Virus record (IMG/VR): IMGVR_UViG_3300023179_005186
Coordinates: 248,001 to 312,000 of that record
Reading direction: 5' to 3' (one strand)
Length of the DNA stretch: 64,000 nucleotides
Shown here: piece after piece, positions 21,487-31,944 of the stretch
Layout: every line of letters begins with the position of its first letter
How positions within the stretch are numbered: position 1 is the stretch's first letter
Position numbers and translations under genes: made by a program
The notes under the pieces: generated by a model
The model's input: only the letters and a program-made list of their open reading frames with translations
What the model was told of the DNA's origin: nothing
The model's database searches: none

Positions 21487-23742
21487 ATGATATTTTTACT
21501 GATAACAGAACAATCTGAATATATAATATCAAATGAACTAGATAAAATAAATAAATTAAGTGGAATATATGGATATTTTATAAAAAAATATCTTGAACGT
21601 AAAAATATTAAAGTTATATGTTTAGAATTTAAAAAAATTTTAAATAATATTCCTGAAGCAAATAATTGTTTAATAACAGTGAGTAGAGGTGTAAGTAGTT
21701 TAGATTTAAATAGTTATAATAATTTAAGAAAAAAAATAAAAAATAAAATTATGACGATGTGTGAAAATAGTAAATTTGTAGGTAAGGAAGATATATTATT
21801 TTTTATAAATGGTAAAAAAAAATCAAAATGTATTAAAACAACATTTTTAGTTGATCAAGAATTATTTAAACTAAAAAAAGAATCAGATAAAATAATAATA
21901 ATAGTTGAAAATAAAAAATTAATAAATAATTTGTCTAATGTTGAATTAGATAAAACAGATTTTATTATAAATAGTTTATTAGAATTTAAAAATAAACCTG
22001 ATCGAGAAGATATTCAAATAATATATAAAGGTAAAAAATTATTTTATGAAATTAATGATATAATAGATTATGAATTAGCACAGATTGATGAAAATGATTC
22101 TGAATTTAATATTAAATTAGGTTATGATGAAATAATTGAATATTTTAATAAAGCTAATATATATGTAAATACACATTATAAATCATTTGGATTAACAAAT
22201 TTTGAATGTGCAATGTCTGGAACATTAATAGTAACTTTTGAAAATTTTATTAAAGAGACTAATATTAACTTGGTTAGAAATCATATTATAACTAAAGAAC
22301 AAGTTGAATTAAATAATATTGATTGGGATGAAATAATAAATAAAATTAATATTAAAGAATCAATTAATAAAGTTAAAAATTTTACTTATAAGAATATGGT
22401 TGATAAAATTGTTAATATTATTAATTTAGAACCTAAAGTAGCAATATGTTTTTCAGGAGCAATCCGTGATTTTGACAGATGTATTCCATCAATACAAAAA
22501 TATTTTTTAAATAATTTTAAAAATAAAGATATTTTTTTACATTTATGGACATTTAATAAAGATGAAAATAATAATTTAATCACAAATTTTAAATGGAGGA
22601 ATTCAATAATAAGTTCTGATAAAATTATAAATATTTTACAACCAGTAAGTTATCAAATTGATAATTATAATTCTGATTGGGAACAACAAATAATTTCTAA
22701 TAGTGGAATTGATTTAAATAAATTTGTTACTTTAGATGAAAAAAATTATGGAATAAATTGTTGTTCAATGTATTGGAAGATTTTAAAATGTTTTGAATTA
22801 ATGAATGAATATTCTAAAAAAAATAATATTAATTATGATTTAATAATAAGAGCAAGATTAGATTTTATATGGGAAGATTATATTTATCCAACTGATTTTA
22901 AGATTATTAATAATGTTGTTAATTTAATTAAAGATAGATACGCTATTCATTCTAATTTAATAACTAATGATAAATTTTTTGCAGGTAATTATAACGTTAT
23001 GGAAAAAATGTGTAATATATTTAATGAATTATCTAAATATCAAAAAAATCTTATAAAATTAGATGGGCAAGTTATTAATGAAATATTTATTTTAAATAAT
23101 AATTTTGATTGTAATTGGTTAGGTCATTATAATACTTATTATAAGCATATGAATAGACATAATATTATTTTAAAAAATACAAGTGTTCTAATAAATATTA
23201 TTCAAGATAAAATTTGCAATGAACTTATTTATAGTTTACTTAACAATGGTTATACAGTTACTAATTTAAATGATAATACTGATAATTATAATTTATTATT
23301 TGATAATTATAATTCATCAGTTGATTATAATAAAATTAAAAATCCAGATATAGTAATTAGTTTAGTTAATAATATAATACAGCTAAATGTATTTAAAAAA
23401 GAATTTAAATTAATTTTTTCTGATAATCTAATTTTAATAATAATAGATAATCCAAATTATCTAATTGATTTTATTAATAGTATTATTATTAATTTTTCAA
23501 ATAAAATTCCTTTAGAATATAATTTTATTATTTTTAAACAAATTATTAATATTAAAGAAAATGAAAAAATAATTTATAAATATATGGATCATGGATATTA
23601 TGAATCAAAAATTATATGTAAAGATATAAATAATAATTTTATTATAGATTTTAATAATAATCAAATTAGTATATCTAGAAATACATTTAAATTAAAAAAT
23701 ATAATTTTATATTATAAAAGTGGATATTTACCAATTAATTAA
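21487..23742 (+). CDS. GT4-like domain fused to a second putative glycan-modifying domain
   Basis: SFGLTNFECAMSGT; KVAICFSGAIR...YDLIIRARLD...NDKF. Confidence 0.65.
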   Translation: MIFLLITEQSEYIISNELDKINKLSGIYGYFIKKYLERKNIKVICLEFKKILNNIPEANNCLITVSRGVSSLDLNSYNNLRKKIKNKIMTMCENSKFVGKEDILFFINGKKKSKCIKTTFLVDQELFKLKKESDKIIIIVENKKLINNLSNVELDKTDFIINSLLEFKNKPDREDIQIIYKGKKLFYEINDIIDYELAQIDENDSEFNIKLGYDEIIEYFNKANIYVNTHYKSFGLTNFECAMSGTLIVTFENFIKETNINLVRNHIITKEQVELNNIDWDEIINKINIKESINKVKNFTYKNMVDKIVNIINLEPKVAICFSGAIRDFDRCIPSIQKYFLNNFKNKDIFLHLWTFNKDENNNLITNFKWRNSIISSDKIINILQPVSYQIDNYNSDWEQQIISNSGIDLNKFVTLDEKNYGINCCSMYWKILKCFELMNEYSKKNNINYDLIIRARLDFIWEDYIYPTDFKIINNVVNLIKDRYAIHSNLITNDKFFAGNYNVMEKMCNIFNELSKYQKNLIKLDGQVINEIFILNNNFDCNWLGHYNTYYKHMNRHNIILKNTSVLINIIQDKICNELIYSLLNNGYTVTNLNDNTDNYNLLFDNYNSSVDYNKIKNPDIVISLVNNIIQLNVFKKEFKLIFSDNLILIIIDNPNYLIDFINSIIINFSNKIPLEYNFIIFKQIINIKENEKIIYKYMDHGYYESKIICKDINNNFIIDFNNNQISISRNTFKLKNIILYYKSGYLPIN

Positions 23743-23788
23743 ATATAAATTTTAGTATATAAATTTGCGTTATATATAAATATTTAAT

Positions 23789-25672
23789 TTGAAAATATAT
23801 ATAAATATGAAACTAAATTTTTATTTAATATATCTATTTTTTTATTTAATGCAAATTACTTTTTCAAATTGTTATGTAAATTTATTAAATAATAAAAATA
23901 TTATAAAGCATAATTTTTTTAAAGCAAACTCACAAAAAAGAACATATCATTTATCTCAAAGATACATAGAAGAATTATTAAAAAAAATTAAATCTAATAA
24001 TAGTAGTAATATAAATAATAATGATTATAATTTGCTTAATGAAAGATATTATGAAACATTATTAAAAAAATTAAATTCAAAAAATATAACATTACAAAAT
24101 AATGTTATTTTAGGTAATGATGATAATAGAAATAATAGTATAGAATTTTTTATACCACATTTAAGGATAGTAACTAATAAAAGATCAAATAATAATTTTC
24201 TTTCTGGATTAGGAATAAAATTTGATCCTGTAGAAGAACAAATATCTGATTTTAATGAGGTATCAGATAATTCAGATTCTAATTTTGATATGAATAAAAG
24301 TATTTATACTAAAAGTAAAAATTTTGAAGTATTAAAAAATCCAAATTTTGATTTTAATGATGTTGGTGGATATGAAAATGTTAAAAATGAATTAAGACAA
24401 TGTGTTGATATATTAAAAAATTATAAAAAATATAAAAAATATAATGTAAGAATTCCAAAAGGTTTAATTTTAGAAGGACCTCCTGGTACTGGAAAAACAT
24501 TAATTGCTAAAGCTTTAGCAGGCGAAGCAAGATGCAGTTTTATTCCTGTTTCTGGTTCTGATTTTCAAGAAAAATATGTTGGTGTTGGACCAACAAGGAT
24601 TAAAGAATTATTTCGTTTAGCTCGAGAAAATATCCCTACTATAATTTTTATTGATGAAATTGATGCATTGGGAAGAAAAAGATCAAGTGATGGTGAAACT
24701 TCTAGTAATGAGCGAGATAGTACATTAAATTCTTTATTAGTTGAATTAGATGGTTTTAAAAATTCTACTGGAGTTTTTATGATTGCGGCAACAAATAGAG
24801 CTGATTTATTAGATAATGCTTTAACCCGTCCAGGAAGAATTGATAAAAAAATTTTTATTGGTTTACCAGATAAAAAAACAAGAGAAGCAATTATTAATAT
24901 TCATATTAATGGAAAACCCTATGACAATAATACAATTGATATACCTAATTTAGTAGAAATTACTGAAGGATTATCTGGAGCTCAAATAGAAAATTTATTG
25001 AATGAAGCTATGTTAAATGCACTACGCAATAATGTTACACAATTTAATTATAATGATTTTGATTTTATCATGAATAAAATGATTGCAGGTTGGCAGCCAA
25101 ACGAACACCAATTTACATCTGATATTATTGATCATATTGCTATTCATGAAATGGGTCATGCTGTTGTAGGTTTCTTATCAAAGCATCATTCAAAAATGTC
25201 TAAAGTTGTTATTAATTTATCATCACCAAAAAGTCCTGGATATACTACATTTGAAAGTTCTACTAGTAATATTTATATAAGAGAAGCTCTTTTTGAACAT
25301 TTAATGATATTATTATCTGGTAGAATTGCTGAAGAAGTATTTTATAATGTTTCGGTAACAACAGGAGCATTAAATGATTTTGAAGAAGCTTTAAAATTAG
25401 CAGAAAAAATGGTAATATATTATGGAATGGGTAGTAATATTATTTATCCAAGTAATAGTGAAAAATATAAAGAACTGATAGATAATGATGTAATTGAATT
25501 AATTAACAATGCATATAAATGTGCAAATATATTAATATTAGCCTGTAAAGATTTAATATATGAGACATCTGAAATATTAAAAAGAGATAAATTATTAAAA
25601 GCAGATTCATTAAATATTTTAATAAATGAAAAATATAAAGATTTATTAAATTTAAAAATGGAATTTGAATAA
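23789..25672 (+). CDS. ftsH: FtsH-like ATP-dependent zinc metalloprotease (likely start ATG 23807)
   Basis: [20 protein letters not shown]...[19 protein letters not shown]. Confidence 0.93.
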   Translation: MKIYINMKLNFYLIYLFFYLMQITFSNCYVNLLNNKNIIKHNFFKANSQKRTYHLSQRYIEELLKKIKSNNSSNINNNDYNLLNERYYETLLKKLNSKNITLQNNVILGNDDNRNNSIEFFIPHLRIVTNKRSNNNFLSGLGIKFDPVEEQISDFNEVSDNSDSNFDMNKSIYTKSKNFEVLKNPNFDFNDVGGYENVKNELRQCVDILKNYKKYKKYNVRIPKGLILEGPPGTGKTLIAKALAGEARCSFIPVSGSDFQEKYVGVGPTRIKELFRLARENIPTIIFIDEIDALGRKRSSDGETSSNERDSTLNSLLVELDGFKNSTGVFMIAATNRADLLDNALTRPGRIDKKIFIGLPDKKTREAIINIHINGKPYDNNTIDIPNLVEITEGLSGAQIENLLNEAMLNALRNNVTQFNYNDFDFIMNKMIAGWQPNEHQFTSDIIDHIAIHEMGHAVVGFLSKHHSKMSKVVINLSSPKSPGYTTFESSTSNIYIREALFEHLMILLSGRIAEEVFYNVSVTTGALNDFEEALKLAEKMVIYYGMGSNIIYPSNSEKYKELIDNDVIELINNAYKCANILILACKDLIYETSEILKRDKLLKADSLNILINEKYKDLLNLKMEFE

Positions 25673-25724
25673 TATTGTATGTTTAATTTATAATATAAAT
25701 ATTTATTAATTTATATTTATAATA

Positions 25725-26657
25725 ATGCATATACTTGTTACAGGAGGAGCTGGATTTATTGGTTCAAATATAACAAAATACTTATTAGAACAAGGACATA
25801 AAGTTCGTGTACTTGATAATCTAATTACTGGTAATAAAGAAAATATTAAAGAATTTGAATCAAATTCCAATTTTGAATTTATGTATGGAGATATTACTAA
25901 TTTAGAAAATTTAAGAAAAGCATTAGATGGTATAAATGTTGTTACCCATCAAGCTGCTTTAGGTTCAGTTCCCAGATCTATTGTTGATCCATTAACTTCC
26001 CATAATGCGAATGTTAATGGATTTTTAAATTTATTAATTATTTGTAAAGAAAAAGGTATTAAGAGAATTGTTTATGCATCATCTTCTTCAGTTTATGGTG
26101 ATAATATTATTTTACCAAAAATAGAAGATTGTATTGGTAAACAACTTTCACCATATGCAATTACTAAATATATTGATGAACTTTATGCCAAAATTTTTTA
26201 TGAATTATATGATCTAGAATGTATTGGTTTAAGATATTTTAATGTATTTGGACCAAAACAAGATCCTAATGGAGTATATGCTGCAGTAATACCTAAATTT
26301 ATTAATAGTTTAAAATCAGACATCAATCCTAAAATTAATGGTGATGGTTCATATTCACGAGATTTTACTTATGTAGAAAATGTAGTTCAGGCAAATTATT
26401 TAGCTCTAACTACAAATAATAGCAAAACTTATGGAGAAATATTTAATATTGGAGCTGGTGGAAGAATTACTATACTTGAAATGTATAATATTATTAAAAA
26501 AACCATTAGATCTGATTTAGAACCTGAATTTGGATCTAATCGAATAGGTGATATACCACATTCTAATGCAGATATAACTAAAGCAAAAGAATTATTGGGA
26601 TATTTTCCAAAAATTAGTTTTGAGGAAGGAATACTTAAAACTATTGAATATTATTAA
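25725..26657 (+). CDS. NAD-dependent UDP-GlcNAc(A) 4-epimerase, WbpP/TviC-like
   Basis: TGGAGFIG, HQAALGSVPRS, YAITK (YxxxK), RYFNVFGPKQDPNGVYAAVIPK. Confidence 0.9.
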   Translation: MHILVTGGAGFIGSNITKYLLEQGHKVRVLDNLITGNKENIKEFESNSNFEFMYGDITNLENLRKALDGINVVTHQAALGSVPRSIVDPLTSHNANVNGFLNLLIICKEKGIKRIVYASSSSVYGDNIILPKIEDCIGKQLSPYAITKYIDELYAKIFYELYDLECIGLRYFNVFGPKQDPNGVYAAVIPKFINSLKSDINPKINGDGSYSRDFTYVENVVQANYLALTTNNSKTYGEIFNIGAGGRITILEMYNIIKKTIRSDLEPEFGSNRIGDIPHSNADITKAKELLGYFPKISFEEGILKTIEYY

Positions 26658-27043
26658 ACAACTTCTATTATAGTGTATGAAATATGTAAATTCTCAAGAA
26701 AAATTTTTTCTAAATTTATTATTGGTTCATAATCTTTATTCCAACTATTATACAATATAAATTTAATTTCATCAAACATATATATTAACATTTTTTTAAT
26801 TAATTCAAATTTATTAGAATATTTAAAATATTTTCTTTTACCCATATCACCATTTATTACAACTAATAATATATTTGATTCTATACATTCATCTAATTCC
26901 ATTTTATTAGCATTTTCTTCATTATATAGATCAACATAATAATTAATTATATTTAATAATAATGATTTAATTTCATTATCATTTTTACTTTTTATTTTTT
27001 CAAAAATATTATCTTTTGAAAAAATATTTACAATATTATTCAT
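26654..27043 (-). CDS. Hypothetical protein
   Basis: 129 aa ORF. Confidence 0.5.
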   Translation of the reverse strand: MNNIVNIFSKDNIFEKIKSKNDNEIKSLLLNIINYYVDLYNEENANKMELDECIESNILLVVINGDMGKRKYFKYSNKFELIKKMLIYMFDEIKFILYNSWNKDYEPIINLEKIFLENLHISYTIIEVV

Positions 27044-27053
27044 ATATATTATT

Positions 27054-28055
27054 TTAATTGAATATTTTTATTAATTTTAAACTAACTCTTGCTATAATTT
27101 CTGGATTATAACCTCCTTCTAATAAAAATATTATTTTTTTATTTTTTGATGTAAAATATTTGGTCATGTATATATAGTCATCATCTGTAAAATTTAATTT
27201 ATCAAATGGATCATCTTTATGTGCATCAAGTCCATTTGATATTATTATCAAATCAGTTTGTTCACATATTCTATCTAATAAAGGTACTATTTTATCTTGA
27301 AAATATTCTGAAAATATACTATACATTGTTTTATTTACAGGGAAATTGTAAATATTAGATAATCTTTTTTCCTCAGGATTAAATTTATAATCATTACCCG
27401 TTCTTGGATAAAAATCATCTGAATAATAATGTGTTGATACAAAGAATATATTGTAATTATCTGATGACAATATACAATTTTGTGTACCATTTCCATGATG
27501 TAGATCCCAATCAAATATTAAAACATTTTTTACTATTGATCTTAATAAAAGTTCTGATGCTAAAATATAAGCATTATTAACAATACAAAAACCTTCATTA
27601 TTATCAATATATGCATGATGACCAGGTGGTCTTATTAATGCATATGCATTTTGATAAATATTATAGTTTTCTATTAAATAATTTAATACTTTTGATACTT
27701 GCATTAATTCATTTTGTGTATTTTCTGTTATTATAGTATCTGGATCATCTTTTAGCATTTTTCTTAATTTTTTATTAAATTCCTTTTTACAATATTTACA
27801 TTTTTTATCATTTATAAAATTTTTACTTAAACAATGATTACAAAGAGTAAATTCTGGATTTACAACAAATTTATCTAAATAATCTTTACTATTATATTTA
27901 TATAAAAGATTCATTGGATTTTTTATAAATACTTCATTGGAATTTAATGGGATAATACCATTTTTTTCTAAATATTCCACAGGATATTTTATTCTATTAG
28001 AATTTTCTAAACTAGCTGTTTCTATATAGTATATATGTGAATATATCGTTAACAT
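27054..28055 (-). CDS. Zinc-dependent histone deacetylase family protein (class II-like)
   Basis: RPPGHH, GFCIVNN, DWDLHHGNGTQ, GLDAH, LEGGY. Confidence 0.92.
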   Translation of the reverse strand: MLTIYSHIYYIETASLENSNRIKYPVEYLEKNGIIPLNSNEVFIKNPMNLLYKYNSKDYLDKFVVNPEFTLCNHCLSKNFINDKKCKYCKKEFNKKLRKMLKDDPDTIITENTQNELMQVSKVLNYLIENYNIYQNAYALIRPPGHHAYIDNNEGFCIVNNAYILASELLLRSIVKNVLIFDWDLHHGNGTQNCILSSDNYNIFFVSTHYYSDDFYPRTGNDYKFNPEEKRLSNIYNFPVNKTMYSIFSEYFQDKIVPLLDRICEQTDLIIISNGLDAHKDDPFDKLNFTDDDYIYMTKYFTSKNKKIIFLLEGGYNPEIIARVSLKLIKIFN

Positions 28056-28421
28056 ATATTAATATTTAATATAATATAATAATTTAATGTTAAATATATT
28101 TTTTTCAAAATTTTTTAGTTATTACAGTTTTGTCAATTTTATAATTGACAAAAGATAAATATATTTTATCCTATTTTTTATAGTTATATTTACAAATATC
28201 ATTGTAAATTTATGTTCACAAATATTATTAACAAGTTTTTATTTTTATTATTATACAATAAAATATAATTACTTATTGTAATATTTATTAAATGAGTAAA
28301 TCATTATAGAACCTTATAACTATTCTTTACTAATATTATATTATTAATATTTCTTTAAATATTTTTAATATATAAATAAAAATTGATAAATTAATTAAAT
28401 ATTTTTAAAATATTAAAAAAA

Positions 28422-28964
28422 ATGGAAAATATTTTATATTATGATTTAATCTGTAAATATTTTGATCAAATATTTGCAGGTAATATTTTATTATGTGGAA
28501 CAATATTATTATTTTTACATAGTTTTTTACACCATTTATATCTTTATTTTAATAATGAATTATTTAAGTATTATTTAAAAATAAAAAATGATGATTTATT
28601 TTTTTCTGAATTTATAGCAAATAATTTAATTATTGCAATAATTGAACAATCATTATTTGTGGTATATTTATCAGAATATTTAAGTATTTCTGAAATTTCT
28701 AATAATTTAATTAGAATATTTATAAGTATATTGTATTGTATTATACATACAATATTATTTAATTCATTTTATAAATATCAAACAATTTTATTACAATTAA
28801 TAAATTCATTTTGCATGATGATGATTTATCTTAGAACAGAAATTTTATTAGCGTTAATTCTTAATATATACTATAATTTATTATGGGTTATAATTAGTTG
28901 TATTGTATACAAATTTTTATTAATAAATAAATTTTATGATAATTTATTAGATAGAGATAAATAA
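28422..28964 (+). CDS. Multi-TM membrane protein, possibly a degenerate CAAX/Abi protease
   Basis: Several hydrophobic helices; AIIEQSLF resembles the EExxF motif; CIIH. Confidence 0.45.
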   Translation: MENILYYDLICKYFDQIFAGNILLCGTILLFLHSFLHHLYLYFNNELFKYYLKIKNDDLFFSEFIANNLIIAIIEQSLFVVYLSEYLSISEISNNLIRIFISILYCIIHTILFNSFYKYQTILLQLINSFCMMMIYLRTEILLALILNIYYNLLWVIISCIVYKFLLINKFYDNLLDRDK

Positions 28965-29015
28965 TAATTAACAATAAAACTTTTTTTATATAAATTTATA
29001 TATGTAAAAATAAAT

Positions 29016-30449
29016 ATGAAAAATTTTAAATTTAATGTAAATTCAATAATAAGTTTATGGCAAAATCCTAATTATTTAAATATTTTATTAAATTTTTATA
29101 TAATAGTTAATAAATATTTAAATACTGGTATTATTAATGTTTCAGATATAATATTAGATAAAATAGATATGAATAAAATTGAATTTGAAGCTTTTATTAT
29201 TAAATATATAAATTCACTTAATAAAATATTATATAAAAAACCAATGGAATCAATTATTTTATATAGAGGTGAGATAAGATCTGAATTTGATATTAAAATA
29301 AATGATATATTATTATATAAAAATTTTCATTCAAGTACAGATTCAATATCATTTGCATTTAATTTTAGTAAGTATTCTAATTTAGAAACAGATTTTTCAA
29401 AAATAAGATTACTATTAGTTTTAAAAATTCCAAATGGATTTAATTATATTAAATTAAATAAACCTTTAATAAACTATAATGAAAAAAGTAAAATTACAGA
29501 TTATTATAATGAATATGAATATCTAATACCACCCAATTGTTATTATCAGGTGACTAATGTAGTTAAATTAGCAAATAACGTTAGATTAGTCAAAGCGATA
29601 TTAATTAAACAAGAAAAATATATTATTCCAGAAATTAAAGCTTATAATGGTGATTTAACAGAAAATAAAGTAAAAAATAATTTTTATATACCTACACAAC
29701 CATCATTAAAAAATTTAAATGATTTTAAGGATTTACATACTAATAATTTTATTTCACAATTTTATGAATATTATAAGTATCTAGAAATTTTAGATAATTT
29801 AAAAGATTATCATATACCAAATATTTTATTTAAAATGTTATCTAATCCATTATACTCAAATTTTTTTAATCTAAATATTTCTATAATTTTAGAATATGGT
29901 AATAAAATTAATGATGATAACTTTTTTTATATAATGCATACTTTAAAACAACTAGGATTTCCATATAAAAAAAAAGATCTGATAAAACCTCAAATATATA
30001 TTAAAACATTAAAGGCATTAGCAAACTCAAATATTTCATCATTAAATTATATTAACAATATGAAAGTTTTTTATTCTGAATATAATAATATTAGTAACGA
30101 AAAACCTAAATTTATTAAATTATTAGATGAAAAACCAGAAGGAATTTATAAATATATATTAGAATGTTCAGTAATTCCTGAATGTAATTATTATGATTGT
30201 GTAATAAATGATATTTATCCAAATTTAACTTTGGAAAAAAATAATAAAAAAACTTTAATTTATATAAAATATATTGTTGAATTTGAACTAAATAATATTA
30301 AAATAGCTATTTCAGATGAAAGTAAAAATATGTTTATTGATAAAGTATTACTTATACCTAATTTTACATACAAAGTTATTTCTAAAGTTAAATCAAAAAA
30401 TAAATTTAATAAAGAGATTATTATTTATAAAATTATTTTAGAAGAATAG
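29016..30449 (+). CDS. VIP2/C3-like ADP-ribosyltransferase domain protein
   Basis: R-S-E motifs LYRG, FHSST, EYEYLIPP; second degenerate ART-like half (DKVLLIPNFTYKV). Confidence 0.75.
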   Translation: MKNFKFNVNSIISLWQNPNYLNILLNFYIIVNKYLNTGIINVSDIILDKIDMNKIEFEAFIIKYINSLNKILYKKPMESIILYRGEIRSEFDIKINDILLYKNFHSSTDSISFAFNFSKYSNLETDFSKIRLLLVLKIPNGFNYIKLNKPLINYNEKSKITDYYNEYEYLIPPNCYYQVTNVVKLANNVRLVKAILIKQEKYIIPEIKAYNGDLTENKVKNNFYIPTQPSLKNLNDFKDLHTNNFISQFYEYYKYLEILDNLKDYHIPNILFKMLSNPLYSNFFNLNISIILEYGNKINDDNFFYIMHTLKQLGFPYKKKDLIKPQIYIKTLKALANSNISSLNYINNMKVFYSEYNNISNEKPKFIKLLDEKPEGIYKYILECSVIPECNYYDCVINDIYPNLTLEKNNKKTLIYIKYIVEFELNNIKIAISDESKNMFIDKVLLIPNFTYKVISKVKSKNKFNKEIIIYKIILEE

Positions 30450-30462
30450 TTGCTGTATTTGA

Positions 30463-30828
30463 TTAATTATCAAAATTTTCATAATCATCATTTAATTTAT
30501 TATTATAAAGTGAATTCATGCGAATAGCACAGGGACATACAAATCCTTCTTTTATTTTTTCTGAATTAATTTCAGGAATTACTGTATTACATTTTTTTTC
30601 ATAATAATTAGATTTCAAATCAGGCATACCAAAACCTTCAATTTGACCACATTTTTTTTCATAATAATTAGATTTCAAATCAGGCATACCAAAACCTTCA
30701 ATTTGACCACATTTTTTTTCATAATAATTAGATTTTAAATCAGGCATACCAAAATTCTCTTTGCTATCTAATAAATAAATTATAATAACAATTACTAAAA
30801 GCCATAATATTAAAGCATTTTTATCCAT
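30463..30828 (-). CDS. Small N-anchored membrane protein with 20-aa repeats
   Basis: TM helix, then FGMPDLKSNYYEKKC three times. Confidence 0.75.
   Translation of the reverse strand: MDKNALILWLLVIVIIIYLLDSKENFGMPDLKSNYYEKKCGQIEGFGMPDLKSNYYEKKCGQIEGFGMPDLKSNYYEKKCNTVIPEINSEKIKEGFVCPCAIRMNSLYNNKLNDDYENFDN
30589..30754. repeat. 60-bp tandem repeat, ~2.8 copies, near identical
   Basis: Lines 30601 and 30661 are identical; the third partial copy has one substitution. Confidence 0.95.
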
Positions 30829-30904
30829 AATAATTCTATTATATATATAAATAAATCATAAATAAAAAAATAATAAATTATATCTTTTTTTAATTTTGAT
30901 ATAA

Positions 30905-31916
30905 TTATACATGTTCATTTTTAAATAATCTTTCTAAAAACTTATCTTTATTTCTATCTTCATTCATATAAATATTTATTATTTCAGCTGGTGAATAAAA
31001 ATCTTCTTGTATATTTTGTAATTTTTCTATTTCAATAATTTCGTTAAATAAATTTGTATACATTTCTTTTATAATTTGACGTGATGTATTTGATAATTCA
31101 AGTGTAATATCAATTCTTCCTGGTCTAATTAAAGCAGGATCTAAATCATAATAATGATTAGAGGAAATTATCATTATTCTACCAGGAGTTTCACGTATAC
31201 CATCCCATAAATTTAAAATATCATCTAAAGTTATTGGTTCATCTTCATTTAAAATTCTTGGAATTTTGTATTCTTTATCAATATCTTTTTCTGTAACAGC
31301 AATTGTTTCTAATAAATCGCCGATATTTATATTTGAGGTATTAGATAATTCATCAAAATCTAATTTTTTTCCAAATCCAAAAGTATTTTTATTTTTTTGT
31401 TTTTCTCTGTCTAAAACAATATCACCTATACAATCTATATCTTCAAAAACAATAATTTTTTTATCAAACCCAATACTATTTTTTTTATTATCTAAATTAT
31501 AACGTTCTTCAAAAAATATACTATCTAATTGTTTCTTTGTTTTTATTAGTTTTAATGAAATAACAATAATATGTCGATTTGTATAATTTGCAATTGCTTT
31601 TATTAAAGATGTTTTACCTGTACCAGGAGGTCCATGTAAACCAATTCCAATTGAATATGGAATTCCTTTTTCATAATACCAATTCTTATTATTTAGAAAA
31701 AAATCTATTTTATCAATCAATTTGTCTTTATCTTTAAAAAAAATATTACTAAATTTTCTAGTACTTGAAAATATATTTTCATCCCATATTTCATATTTGT
31801 TTTCATCATGTTTAACTTTAGTTAATGTATAAATAAAATTTTTATTATCTCTAAATTCATCTATTGATGCTAAATAATTATTAGTTATATTTTCAACATA
31901 TTCTTTAATTGTATTA
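30905..31916 (-). pseudogene. BCS1-like AAA+ ATPase, 3' part (disrupted by element 1)
   Basis: [36 protein letters not shown]; frame stays open from 31720 up to the element boundary. Confidence 0.9.
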
Positions 31917-31941
31917 CACCCATTTACAAAAAAATGGGACA
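31917..31941 (+). repeat. Left TIR of element 1
   Basis: cacccatttacaaaaaaatgggaca; reverse complement of 35977-36001 with one mismatch. Confidence 0.92.
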
Positions 31942-31944
31942 GTT

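Noticed and set aside
28100-28310. Possible decayed RING gene on the minus strand (ICEHKF)
   Set aside because: Too short and broken to support.
30589-30754. 60-bp repeats as a CRISPR-like array near Fanzor
   Set aside because: The units are wholly identical with no unique spacers, are in-frame coding, and lie outside the element.
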